In this document: positions 1 through 9,413 of the stretch, one piece after another
Position numbering within the stretch: the stretch's first letter is position 1
Layout of the letters: every line of letters begins with the position of its first letter
Source: an uncultured virus (IMG/VR IMGVR_UViG_3300028888_000117)
Taxonomy: Duplodnaviria; Heunggongvirae; Uroviricota; Caudoviricetes
IMG/VR virus record: IMGVR_UViG_3300028888_000117
Length of the DNA: 20,000 nt
Direction: 5' to 3' (one strand)
Notes under the pieces: model-generated
What the model saw: only the letters and a program-made list of their open reading frames with translations
Databases searched by the model: none
Told to the model about the DNA's origin: nothing
Made by a program: the position numbers and the translations under genes

Positions 1-1093
1 TTTCTATGTAAAATTTTTCATTATAATATGCAAACATATTACGATACATTTCACTGATATCATCATTAAAGTTATATATTTCTTCTTCAATATTAACAAA
101 ATGATATTCATTCTTATAAAGACTTATTACATCTTCATAATTTTCTGAAACACAGAAAAATTCATTTTTATTAGAATCATATTCTAACTTTAATGTTGAT
201 TTATTAAAATAGTTTGTATTTTCAATGTTATTTATTATAATACTTATTGGTGAGTTAGAATCAAAATTATTAGTTTTATCAGGATTATAAGATGTGGTTC
301 CTTCTAATACATCAATATCAATAAATTCTGGACGTAAGAATGCAAATCCCATGTCAGCAGAATTTTCATAATTTGAATACTGAAATAAATCTCTAAATGA
401 ATTCTTATATAAATCACCAAGAATATTTGCATTAAATATTTGAATATCCAAGTTAAACTTATTTATATAAGTATTATTGTCTTCATCCTTATCCCTATAA
501 AGTCTAAGTAAAATATAATAAGATGAATTATTATCACTATAAACATGATGAACTTTTGCAATATAAATTACTTTATTTGATGAAGTATCATATTTATAAT
601 ATAAAAGAATTGCATTGTCTAAATCAGTATCATCATATCCAATAATCTTACCTACAGCAATTATAGTCAATATATTATTTTCATTTGATATGATTGTTCC
701 TTTACAATATTTTTCAATTCCACTTATAGGAATTGTAAAACTAAATTCATTATCAAAATATAATAAGTTATTTACTGATTTAGTAGTTAATGAATCGATA
801 ATCTTATCAGTATTGGTCTTTATATTATTTAGACCAAATATTGCTACAGGATCATCATTTTCATCTTTCTTATAATCAATATATCCTATATAATCATTTA
901 ATGAATATTCATCTTCACTGCTATTTATTAAATCTAAAAAACTGAATGATCTATATGCAAGTCCATCTCCTTTTATACCCATTCTTTGACCTAGATTTGC
1001 TAATGCCTGAAGAATATATTCTTTTTGGGCTTTATTGAATATATCGGTACTTAAGTCTGTTTCTGACTGTAATAAATTTATATTTCTTTTCAT
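1..1093 (-). CDS. Hypothetical protein, runs off the left edge (MKRNINLLQSETDLSTDIFNKAQKEY..., >364 aa)
   Basis: Hand translation: ATG at 1093, 1 nt after the TAA of the upstream gene, with no stop before position 1. Absent from the ORF track, presumably because it has no stop in the window. Confidence 0.88.
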   Translation of the reverse strand, partial: MKRNINLLQSETDLSTDIFNKAQKEYILQALANLGQRMGIKGDGLAYRSFSFLDLINSSEDEYSLNDYIGYIDYKKDENDDPVAIFGLNNIKTNTDKIIDSLTTKSVNNLLYFDNEFSFTIPISGIEKYCKGTIISNENNILTIIAVGKIIGYDDTDLDNAILLYYKYDTSSNKVIYIAKVHHVYSDNNSSYYILLRLYRDKDEDNNTYINKFNLDIQIFNANILGDLYKNSFRDLFQYSNYENSADMGFAFLRPEFIDIDVLEGTTSYNPDKTNNFDSNSPISIIINNIENTNYFNKSTLKLEYDSNKNEFFCVSENYEDVISLYKNEYHFVNIEEEIYNFNDDISEMYRNMFAYYNEKFYIE

Positions 1094-1094
1094 T

Positions 1095-4000
1095 TTACTT
1101 TAATGTGAATTTATAGGATATCTTATATAATTTTTTAGTTTTTTCAGAATTCAATTTATGTATATCTGATTGATAGCTAACAACATATTTATTAAATAAA
1201 AATAAAATAATATTAATATTTAACTGTTTTTTAGTTATTCTATTTACATATTTTTTAAATAAATATAATGCTTTTTCTTCTGTTTCATATTCATTCACTA
1301 ATTGGTCATAATCAATAATATCTTTTAATGAAATTATAAACTCTTCTTCTAAATTATATAATGAATTATCATTAAAATGTTTATATTCATATTGATACAC
1401 AAAATCGTGTTCTGTATCATTATTAATAACATCATCATATTTATTTACTACATACAATGGGTTATACTTATATATGTTGACTGGAGTATTATACAAAATA
1501 TTATATTTTTGCGTATCTGTATTATTTTCTTTATATATGTATTTGTTTTCCCAAACATTTTCAATAATAGTTTTCTTTTGAATCAATGGTGTTATATAAT
1601 TAAAATATCTTAATAACTTAATTCTACGTTCTTTCGTATATTTTATGATATCTTCATATAAAGTATCTGTTTCAGATTTTTTAAGCATAACATATTTAGA
1701 TTCATCATCAGGATTAATCTTACGAGTAACATAATTGATATTAATATCCATTTCATTAGGGAATACAATAACATTTTTAATATCTGTTACAAAGCTCTTA
1801 AATATATTAACTTTTAAGAATGGATTAATAATTCTAAATATTGATTTAATATAATCTGAACCATATAATGATTGAATATTTAATGGAGAACTATTACTTT
1901 CACCAGTCATTATATGCTTATTATTTATATACTTAAATGCTGTAGATACATCATATGAATTATTGATGTTAAATGTATTATTAGTATTATCTAATAAAAC
2001 ATCTATAAAATAGAAACCGTATTTAGTACCATTTTCATCAGTTAATATATTAATGATATTATCTTTACCTTTATGTACTTCATATTTATCACTTTCAAAA
2101 TTATTATATGATAAGTGATTAATATTGTATATACTATATAATGTCAATCCCAATGAAGGTATATATGTTTCATGAAAATATTCATCATGTTCTTTAATCT
2201 TATTAATAACTTCAAATTTGTTTAAATCATTAATTTCTTCATAAGGTTCTTCACCAAGTTCAATTAATGCATTATTTAATGATTCTTGCGTTGATAATTC
2301 AAATACATATGAATCAACATTAATTTCTTTAAAATAGTTTTCATTATTTACATATGTATCTATATAGATTTTATTATTATGAATCATACTATATATGACA
2401 TCAACATCAACATCATTAATATATACATTATTGAATAATGGCATTAAGAAATCGTCTAATTCATTAATACGTGTAGTTCTTGGTTTTTGAGTATCAACAA
2501 AATAATTTGAACCATCAGAAACTTCATTACCATTTGCAATAAATATGTTTGACTTACCAGTAATAGAATCTTTTCCAGTTTTTGATTTATAATAAGTTTC
2601 ACCAAGAATTAATGATTCTCCAGAACGTACTGCTTCAAAATCTTTTTCATAGTATATTTTCCAAGTATCAGCATTTTCTTTATATTGACTTCTATAATAT
2701 AAGTATAAATAACATCTATCATCATTAAGCATCATATTATATAAGTCATTATTAAGTTGTATGAATTCTTTATAGAATACTAAATCAAGTTCAATCTTAA
2801 AATCATCATCCAAGAATATTTCAAATTTATCATTTACATTACGTTTCTTACTTATCATATTAATAAGTAAATTATTTGCAGTATCATATCCCCAATGATG
2901 CCTTATATGTAATAAATTTTCAACATAAGTTAATTCTCTTGTTTTATTATCAACAACATTTTTAAAATATTCATATAATTGAATGTATCTATCTTTAATA
3001 GTTATTTTTTCATTTTTATCAATATACCATACTCTTTCCTTTACATATAAATTATCTAAAAGACTGAAATTAATATTATTAGTATCTATACCATCTTCAC
3101 TAAATGCATTTTCTGCTTTTATTAATTGTTCGCAATATTTTGAAATGTGTGTTCTATCTATAAGACGTGCAAAGAATGATTTTCTAATATATCCATCATT
3201 TTTATCAGCTCTTAAATAAGGTATTTTATATTCTTTATCTTTATTATATAATTCAATGTATTTATTTAAATTATATGTATCTACATAAACATGATGGTCA
3301 TCATTAACTTTATTCTTTACAAAGAAATTAAACATTCGTAATCCATCTTCATATTCATAAGGACAGAAATTATATGTATCTAATTTTTCAATATCACCAT
3401 ATATACTTGGCAATAATGGCGCAGTATCCATATAAATATTTTTCTCATTATGATATAAAGAAACATCTAAACGTGTAACCTCGCCATTTATAATTGCATC
3501 ATAATATAAAGAATTTAATGCATTATGTTTGAAAGTATTATATCTTTCTATAATAGCTTCTTCATTCAAATCATCATATTTTTCTAATGTCTTATTATTT
3601 GCATTAGTCAATATTTCATTTAATGTATCAGCTGTAACGAATTGACCTAATTTTAATTCTGGATGCCAAGAAGTTCTCCAAACAGATTTCTTAATTAATA
3701 TTGAATTTAAGAAATATAAAAGATCTGCTTCATTAATAAAGTCATATTCTATATATATTCTAAAATTATCATAATAATTAACATTATCTTTAATCTTAGA
3801 ATATATTTCAGTTAAAGGTATCTTTTCATTATTATATGAAGATGCAATATACCAAGCATTATCATTATACCAAGAATTTGCTATGAATTCATTCGTTTCT
3901 GTTATTGATCTATAATGTCTAACATTATCATTCGTATAATAAATGTTAAATAAATTAATTGGTTTATATATATCTATCTTTTCATATCCATGTATTCTAA

Positions 4001-6026
4001 ACTTATTAATTTCATTTTCAAGATCTAATACATTATACTTATTTTGTCCAATTTGATTAATTATTATTCTTTTAATTTCTTTAAGATTATAATACTTATT
4101 TTCATTATAATAATTATTTATAAGTACATATGAACCATATTTGTCTCTTTTCATTTTTTCATTATAAAGTAAATATGATACATATGATGAACTAGATTTA
4201 TATAAATTAGACTTATATGATATTTCTTTATGCGTAATATCTCCTGGTGTAAAACTTGTATAAAGACTATCATTTTGAATACGTGGCAAATATGCATTAA
4301 TATCTTTCACACCATAAAATGTATTACCATTATAATTAAATTCTAATCTATATCTTTGAGGCCACTTAGATAATTCTGAATCAATCTGGAGAACACCATT
4401 AATATCAAAAGTATAAGTTATGTCTTTACATATGTTAGAATCAAAAGTAAATTGATCAATTACGATACTATTTTTTTGCTTTTCATTTGTCAATACATAT
4501 TTTGCTCCTAATATATCATTAATAGCTGTGTCATTATCTATATAACTCATATTGATATTAAGGAATACACCAAATCTATCAATATTTTCTCCAATGATAT
4601 CTTTTGAAGTCTTATATAATACTCCTCTAAAATATGAATATTCATTATCTACGGTTGACCATAATGTAGAATCTTTAAACATATCACTGTCATCATAGTA
4701 TATATTATACCATGTTGAATAGAAGTTTGACATTAATTTTACATACTTATCAATATTAGACTTATTTGAATCATATTCATTTATTTTAGATTCTCCAATA
4801 GGAAGATACATATTTTCATTCTTAACGACTGCTTTAGGAAATATGTCTTTAAACATTGTTGGAAATTCTCCATACTTCTTATTTGGTGTTTCTAATTCAG
4901 AAAATGCATAACTCATATTAGTTATATAAGGAGTATCATCTGATGAATTCGCTAACTTAAATCTACAATATGTTGGAGTTATCTTATTAGTAAATCTATA
5001 CTTCGCATATTTAGATTCATTAAGTGATGGATAACCAACATTCATTATATTGATTTTATTATCATTAGAATCATATCCGAAGTCTTGTTTGTATTCACCA
5101 GTTTCTTCATCATATTTTAAATACTTTTCATATAAGTCTGTATAGTCTATTGAAAAGTCATAGAAATCTTGACGGATATTTTCTTTATCATAATAATATC
5201 CTGTTATGTTTAATTTCCAAAACGAGAAGAATTTCTTTTCATGATAATTAAATATGTCATTAATATTTATTAAGAAACTTAAAGGTATGATCTGACGCAT
5301 GATTAAACCATTTCGTTCAAAACCATTGCATATCATATAATCAAAATTATTTATAGTATTCTGATTATTATATAAGTTTCCAAATACATTATCAACATAT
5401 TTTACTAAACCACCCTTCTTTACATCAATTCCAAAATATGCAGCTTGTTTAGATTCTGGTAAGCAGAATATAACTCTATTGTCTATATGTTTAACATATT
5501 TCTTTAAATATGATCTTAAATAATTTGATGTATTTTCTTTATCAATATATATTTTAACATGCTTAACAAGATTATCGTTCAATCTAATATTAAGCATAAA
5601 ATATTCTGGTAAATCGTCAACATCATCAATATAGAATGGAGCATAAAAACTAAATTGATATTCTTGTTGCTTATAATACAATCTTTTGCATCCAAATTCA
5701 TAATCTTTATTACGTCCATTATTTAATGATTTACTTTCATATTCATCTATCTCTGCGAAATTATTCTTATTGTATGAATAATTTGCTTTATAAAACATAT
5801 TAGAATATACATTATAGAATTTTCTTACTACATATTCATGTTGATCTTTTACAAGGTTCAATTCAATGTTCTTTGTAAAAAGACTATTTTGCAAAGGCAT
5901 GAGGCATCCTTCTCTTACATATGTTTCATATTCATTAGAAGTTATTTGATTGAAATCGTTTAATTTACATCCTATTGTAAAATTGCCACTTAATGATGGA
6001 ATAGTTCTTAATAAAGATTTAAACAT
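1095..6026 (-). CDS. Large hypothetical protein (1643 aa), N/Y/D/I-rich; possibly virion-associated
   Basis: 4.9-kb uninterrupted ORF; no domain recognised by eye. Confidence 0.92.
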   Translation of the reverse strand: MFKSLLRTIPSLSGNFTIGCKLNDFNQITSNEYETYVREGCLMPLQNSLFTKNIELNLVKDQHEYVVRKFYNVYSNMFYKANYSYNKNNFAEIDEYESKSLNNGRNKDYEFGCKRLYYKQQEYQFSFYAPFYIDDVDDLPEYFMLNIRLNDNLVKHVKIYIDKENTSNYLRSYLKKYVKHIDNRVIFCLPESKQAAYFGIDVKKGGLVKYVDNVFGNLYNNQNTINNFDYMICNGFERNGLIMRQIIPLSFLININDIFNYHEKKFFSFWKLNITGYYYDKENIRQDFYDFSIDYTDLYEKYLKYDEETGEYKQDFGYDSNDNKINIMNVGYPSLNESKYAKYRFTNKITPTYCRFKLANSSDDTPYITNMSYAFSELETPNKKYGEFPTMFKDIFPKAVVKNENMYLPIGESKINEYDSNKSNIDKYVKLMSNFYSTWYNIYYDDSDMFKDSTLWSTVDNEYSYFRGVLYKTSKDIIGENIDRFGVFLNINMSYIDNDTAINDILGAKYVLTNEKQKNSIVIDQFTFDSNICKDITYTFDINGVLQIDSELSKWPQRYRLEFNYNGNTFYGVKDINAYLPRIQNDSLYTSFTPGDITHKEISYKSNLYKSSSSYVSYLLYNEKMKRDKYGSYVLINNYYNENKYYNLKEIKRIIINQIGQNKYNVLDLENEINKFRIHGYEKIDIYKPINLFNIYYTNDNVRHYRSITETNEFIANSWYNDNAWYIASSYNNEKIPLTEIYSKIKDNVNYYDNFRIYIEYDFINEADLLYFLNSILIKKSVWRTSWHPELKLGQFVTADTLNEILTNANNKTLEKYDDLNEEAIIERYNTFKHNALNSLYYDAIINGEVTRLDVSLYHNEKNIYMDTAPLLPSIYGDIEKLDTYNFCPYEYEDGLRMFNFFVKNKVNDDHHVYVDTYNLNKYIELYNKDKEYKIPYLRADKNDGYIRKSFFARLIDRTHISKYCEQLIKAENAFSEDGIDTNNINFSLLDNLYVKERVWYIDKNEKITIKDRYIQLYEYFKNVVDNKTRELTYVENLLHIRHHWGYDTANNLLINMISKKRNVNDKFEIFLDDDFKIELDLVFYKEFIQLNNDLYNMMLNDDRCYLYLYYRSQYKENADTWKIYYEKDFEAVRSGESLILGETYYKSKTGKDSITGKSNIFIANGNEVSDGSNYFVDTQKPRTTRINELDDFLMPLFNNVYINDVDVDVIYSMIHNNKIYIDTYVNNENYFKEINVDSYVFELSTQESLNNALIELGEEPYEEINDLNKFEVINKIKEHDEYFHETYIPSLGLTLYSIYNINHLSYNNFESDKYEVHKGKDNIINILTDENGTKYGFYFIDVLLDNTNNTFNINNSYDVSTAFKYINNKHIMTGESNSSPLNIQSLYGSDYIKSIFRIINPFLKVNIFKSFVTDIKNVIVFPNEMDININYVTRKINPDDESKYVMLKKSETDTLYEDIIKYTKERRIKLLRYFNYITPLIQKKTIIENVWENKYIYKENNTDTQKYNILYNTPVNIYKYNPLYVVNKYDDVINNDTEHDFVYQYEYKHFNDNSLYNLEEEFIISLKDIIDYDQLVNEYETEEKALYLFKKYVNRITKKQLNINIILFLFNKYVVSYQSDIHKLNSEKTKKLYKISYKFTLK

Positions 6027-6208
6027 TATTTATTGTATTGTTTTTATGTATTTTCTATATATAAATAAAAATAAATTTCTTAATTATATGGTTAAGAAAA
6101 AAATTTAGAAAAAAAATTGAATTTTTTTGACCATTTTACAATTTTATTATTATAATTATTTAAATTTAGAAAACATTAGAAAATAATATTAAGTAAACAG
6201 AAATTATT

Positions 6209-6313
6209 ATGATGCAACTCAGTCAACATATTGAATTTATTTTTGGATCATCTTTTTCAGGTGAACCTTGTGGATTGGGTGTAAATAAAGTTTCTGGTTA
6301 TACTGAAATATAA
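6209..6313 (+). CDS. Leader peptide of tRNA array 1 (34 aa, MMQLSQHIEFIFGSSFSGEPCGLGVNKVSGYTEI)
   Basis: ATG after an A-rich leader, TAA at 6311-6313; overlaps the antiterminator strand; codons 1-25 match the array 1 anticodon set. Confidence 0.8.
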   Translation: MMQLSQHIEFIFGSSFSGEPCGLGVNKVSGYTEI

Positions 6314-6386
6314 ATTTTGAATATACAGTACTTATAATATAAAGTAAGATCTCCAGAAACAAAATTCTGGAGATTGTTTGTTTTTT
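6290..6386 (+). terminator. Attenuator 1: intrinsic terminator with competing antiterminator
   Basis: Hairpin ATCTCCAGAA (6349-6358)/TTCTGGAGAT (6365-6374) followed by TGTTTGTTTTTT; GTTTCTGG (6290-6297) is the exact complement of CCAGAAAC (6353-6360). Confidence 0.8.
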
Positions 6387-6438
6387 ATAAAGCGTTATAA
6401 AAATTCTTTAAAAAATTCTTAAAAAAATTCTTAAAATA

Positions 6439-6483
6439 TTTGAAATTAATTTTTAAGTTACTATATTATTAATATAATATTTG
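6439..6483 (+). promoter_or_regulatory. Repeated promoter-like motif TTTGAAATTA...ACTATATTATTAATATAATATT
   Basis: Close copies at 14887-14930 and 15453-15495; TTGAAA-N16-TATATT spacing. Confidence 0.55.
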
Positions 6484-6512
6484 AATACTAATATTATTTA
6501 AAATACAAACTT

Positions 6513-6584
6513 GGCCCGTTCGTCTATCGGTAAGGACTACAGGTTTTCAACCTGCCAAGAGGGGTCCGACTCCCCTACGGGCTA
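6513..6584 (+). tRNA. tRNA-Glu(TTC)
   Basis: Cloverleaf; anticodon arm CAGG-TTTTCAA-CCTG. Confidence 0.9.
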
Positions 6585-6621
6585 CTGAAACATAATTTGA
6601 TTAAGTTCAATAATGTTAAAC

Positions 6622-6644
6622 GTTCTTTGACATGTTGGTACAAT
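6622..6644 (+). promoter_or_regulatory. boxA-like antitermination element GTTCTTTGACATGTTGGTACAAT
   Basis: Identical 23-mer at 15545-15567, each shortly after the first tRNA of an array; resembles rrn boxA. Confidence 0.65.
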
Positions 6645-6734
6645 TAAGATATTTATAAAGTTAAACGTTGCTGTGAAAGCAATGACTAATCAGTTTCCAT
6701 TAAAGATTACTAATACTTTTGAGAGTGGATGTTC

Positions 6735-6827
6735 GGAGGTTTACCCAAGTTGGTGAAGGGGGCACACTGCTAACGTGCTAGGTCGGTGTAACCCATCGGC
6801 GCGGGGGTTCAAGTCCCTCAGCCTCCG
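6735..6827 (+). tRNA. tRNA-Ser(GCT)
   Basis: Class II cloverleaf, loop CTGCTAA, G73. Confidence 0.9.
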
Positions 6828-7060
6828 CTAAATATTCAAATATATCCGTAAGGAGTCAGAAGTTTAAATCTTTCCCTGGGTTTGAACTGCCTGGGTGGCA
6901 GAATGTTGAATGATTGCAATATTTGAATATTAAAATAGATATATGTCTGTATCACTGGTGTGATTAATAATTTGAAGCGTGGTTCGAAACCGCAACTAGG
7001 ATAGTTCAATTCTTGACTGGGCATGGGTGCAATATAATTATTCTTATATCTATTTAAATT

Positions 7061-7146
7061 GGAGAATGAACTGCGGCGGCCCGCAGGACTGTCTTGAAAA
7101 CAGCTCGTTCGGTGAAACGGATTGGGATCGACACCTACTTTCTCCG
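7061..7146 (+). tRNA. tRNA-Ser(TGA) with 8/4 fold (allo-tRNA-like)
   Basis: Acceptor GGAGAATG/CTTTCTCC, 6-bp D stem CTGCGG/CCGCAG, loop CTTGAAA, 4-bp T stem TGGG/CCTA. Confidence 0.75.
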
Positions 7147-7151
7147 CAAAC

Positions 7152-7327
7152 AAATCTACTAGTGTAGGATAGAGTTACTTCATAAGAAAGCTGATAACTT
7201 CTCAAAATTTTTCCAGTAAATGGAATACGGGTTCGAGTCCCGTCCATGGCATCGTGCCGCGGTGGTGAAATTGGTATACACGAAATTTTTATCTAATAAT
7301 TACTTTATTCATTAATTCTGTAGATTT
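7152..7327 (+). ncRNA. Y-RNA (YrlA)-like RNA with circularly permuted tRNA domain
   Basis: Closing stems AAATCTAC/GTAGATTT and GGATAGAGT/ACTTTATTC enclose a T arm (ACGGG-TTCGAGT-CCCGT), a loop-closed acceptor (CCATGGCA-TCG-TGCCGCGG) and then a D arm. Confidence 0.65.
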
Positions 7328-7334
7328 TATATTT

Positions 7335-7421
7335 GGTCAGGTGCCCGAGTCTGGTTGATGAGAGTAGTCTGCAAAACTATTGGAAGAAATTCCCGCGTGG
7401 GTTCAAATCCCACCCTGGCCT
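7335..7421 (+). tRNA. tRNA-Cys(GCA), long variable arm
   Basis: GTAGT-CTGCAAA-ACTAT, U73; variable hairpin GGAA-GAAA-TTCC. Confidence 0.85.
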
Positions 7422-7422
7422 C

Positions 7423-7563
7423 AAAATTATCTGGTGTATATAAGAGTTACTTCACGATTTTTAATTAAGTGGTTTTAATGCAATTTTTCCAGAATTGAAT
7501 CCTTGGTTCGAATCCAAGAGAATCGATATTTATTTATACTTTTATAGCTGTTCCGATAATTTT
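7423..7563 (+). ncRNA. GAGTTACTTC-stem RNA copy 2 (contains a T arm only)
   Basis: AAAATTATC/GATAATTTT closure, motif at 7444-7453, T arm CTTGG-TTCGAAT-CCAAG. Confidence 0.55.
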
Positions 7564-7568
7564 ATTTT

Positions 7569-7643
7569 GGGTCTGTGGTGTAGGTGGTTGTCGCTCGTCG
7601 GACTGAAAATCCGAAGGCACTTGTTCAACTCAAGTCGGACCCA
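7569..7643 (+). tRNA. tRNA-Phe(GAA)
   Basis: TCGGA-CTGAAAA-TCCGA. Confidence 0.88.
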
Positions 7644-7931
7644 CAATATAGATTACAGCCAAAAATGCTATGGAAAATATGTTGTAATTTATATTATAAA
7701 GACTTAGAGTAAATTTAGTAAAAGTCCCAGACGTGTATCTAAGTCTAAAACTATTTAAGCTCAACATTGGTTGAGTAAGCTCTGAAAACAATTATTTTAA
7801 TTTAACACGTGTCCTATAGTTGTTTTCATTATCTTAGAGCTATCTTGTACTTAAGGCGCCAAGAAGTACCTCGCCTACGCGGAATGTAGAGGAAATATTA
7901 AGTATGAGGATTTGGAAAGATTTATATTAAT

Positions 7932-8011
7932 CAGGGTGTAGCCGGTAATAGGTGACCGACTCGCTTTGGAAGCGAGATTAAGTTATGCAGGTTCGAGTCC
8001 TGTCTCCCTGA
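7932..8011 (+). tRNA. tRNA-Pro(TGG)
   Basis: CTCGC-TTTGGAA-GCGAG; C1:G72, A73. Confidence 0.88.
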
Positions 8012-8471
8012 CCTAATTGTAATTTTCAAGACCTGCGGACAAACGTTAAAGCAGCTGCAAGTCCAGCTCCAATATGGTATAGGACTCGGTAAGACCTATG
8101 TGGTCGATAGCTACGAACCCCATAGTGAGACGAGGAAAGTGAGAAGATTACAATTATCTTATATACGGAGATACGTGGTGAGACACCTAGTATGGCCCGC
8201 AAGGTTTGATAGTTTAAGATAGAATACCGTATAACAAATAAATGTTAGGAAATTGCCCACCGAGATTTAAGGTAGCTCCTTAAACAGCTGAATGGGAAAC
8301 ATGCAAGCTATGTTATGATATTGAATATCGGCCGTAAAATATCAATAACTTGAAGAGAAATAGTTAACATTTATTTTTGAAAAATATAATGATAATATCT
8401 ATTTATTATTATATAATCGGAATGTAGTAATTATTAATGATAGAAAAAATTAATAAGTTTCTTGAATATTT

Positions 8472-8555
8472 AGGGGTGTAACCGGTAATTGGTACCCGCC
8501 CGCATTTGGGATGCGGAAGCTTCGGCCTATGCGCGTTCGAGTCGCGTCGCCCCTA
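8472..8555 (+). tRNA. tRNA-Pro(TGG), enlarged variable region
   Basis: CCGCA-TTTGGGA-TGCGG; variable region AAGCTTCGGCCTAT. Confidence 0.85.
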
Positions 8556-8577
8556 CGATCTCAATCTTGGCAAATTT

Positions 8578-8646
8578 AATTGATTAGTGTAGTAGAGAGT
8601 TACTTCTAGGAATGCTTAAATACTTTCTACGATTATTCTATCAATT
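8578..8646 (+). ncRNA. GAGTTACTTC-stem RNA copy 3 (minimal)
   Basis: AATTGAT/ATCAATT and GTAGAGAGT/ACTTTCTAC stems, motif at 8597-8606. Confidence 0.55.
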
Positions 8647-8649
8647 TAT

Positions 8650-8721
8650 GCTCGGTTCATCTAAGGGTTAGGATTCAAGATTTTCATTCTTGCCATACGA
8701 GTTCGAATCTCGTACCGAGTA
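8650..8721 (+). tRNA. tRNA-Glu(TTC)
   Basis: CAAGA-TTTTCAT-TCTTG. Confidence 0.9.
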
Positions 8722-8722
8722 C

Positions 8723-8796
8723 AATTCCTTGTTGAAGAATAGAGTTACTTCAAGAATGGGTCTTTAAAAATACTTTATTCGCTTATTACAGGAATT
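8723..8796 (+). ncRNA. GAGTTACTTC-stem RNA copy 4 (minimal)
   Basis: AATTCCT/AGGAATT and GAATAGAGT/ACTTTATTC stems, motif at 8742-8751. Confidence 0.55.
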
Positions 8797-8803
8797 TTAA
8801 TAT

Positions 8804-8875
8804 GGGGCTGTCATCTAACGGTCAGGATCTCAGGTTTTCAACCTGGTCATCGGAGTTCGAGTCTCCGTGGCCCTA
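8804..8875 (+). tRNA. tRNA-Glu(TTC)
   Basis: TCAGG-TTTTCAA-CCTGG. Confidence 0.9.
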
Positions 8876-9102
8876 CAAAAGTTCATTATCCTAGACGATA
8901 GGTAAAGTTGGCATTAGAGATATGGGTTATCCGGAAATTTACCACATATCACTTGCCGGAGTTGTCATAATCGAGTGTACATAAGTAAAGAACTCCCAAA
9001 GGCTTGAGCTTTAATACATTGGGCGAGATGGAACAGAACTTTTATTTAAGTCGCTTACTAAAACGCTGCGGGTTTTTGAGGTTATCCATAAACCTCAAAT
9101 TT

Positions 9103-9175
9103 AGGGCTGTCGTCTAACTGGTAAGGATTTATCCCTGATAAGGATAAGATCCCGGATCATACCCGGGTGGCCCCA
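9103..9175 (+). tRNA. tRNA-Ile(GAT), atypical T loop ATCATAC
   Basis: TATCC-CTGATAA-GGATA; T stem CCCGG/CCGGG. Confidence 0.75.
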
Positions 9176-9185
9176 CAAATTAAAT

Positions 9186-9259
9186 TGGGATATACAGTAT
9201 AATGGTTAGTACAGCGGACTCTGACTCCGCAGGTTTCGGTTCGAATCCGGATATCCCAA
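9186..9259 (+). tRNA. tRNA-Gln(CTG)
   Basis: GCGGA-CTCTGAC-TCCGC; U1:A72. Confidence 0.9.
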
Positions 9260-9337
9260 CAATATAAGGTGACGAATTGGTGTCAGGTAGTCCGAAAGTA
9301 CAAGCCCACATTACGGGAAGAGCCTTATATTTATAAT

Positions 9338-9411
9338 TGGGCTATGCTGTGTAACGGTTAGCACGTCAGCCTTTGAAGCTGAAGGTCTGGGTTCGAATCC
9401 CGGTAGCCCAA
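9338..9411 (+). tRNA. tRNA-Gln(TTG)
   Basis: TCAGC-CTTTGAA-GCTGA; U1:A72. Confidence 0.9.
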
Positions 9412-9413
9412 CT

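Noticed and set aside
615..3219. Plus-strand ORFs 615-875, 1377-1613 and 2983-3219
   Set aside because: Antisense shadows of the long minus-strand CDSs, with low-complexity I/F/L/S composition.
6398..6436. Short AAAAATTCTT repeats (3 copies)
   Set aside because: Low-complexity A/T tract; at most an upstream promoter element.
7061..7146. Selenocysteine tRNA (selC)
   Set aside because: The anticodon is TGA (Ser), not TCA, and the fold is 8/4 rather than bacterial 8/5.
7855..7895. HDV-like/theta ribozyme suggested by GTA-CCTCGCC-TAC
   Set aside because: A P3/L3-like hairpin is present, but P1, P2 and J4/2 could not be built and it is not at a tRNA 3' end. A motif search would settle it.
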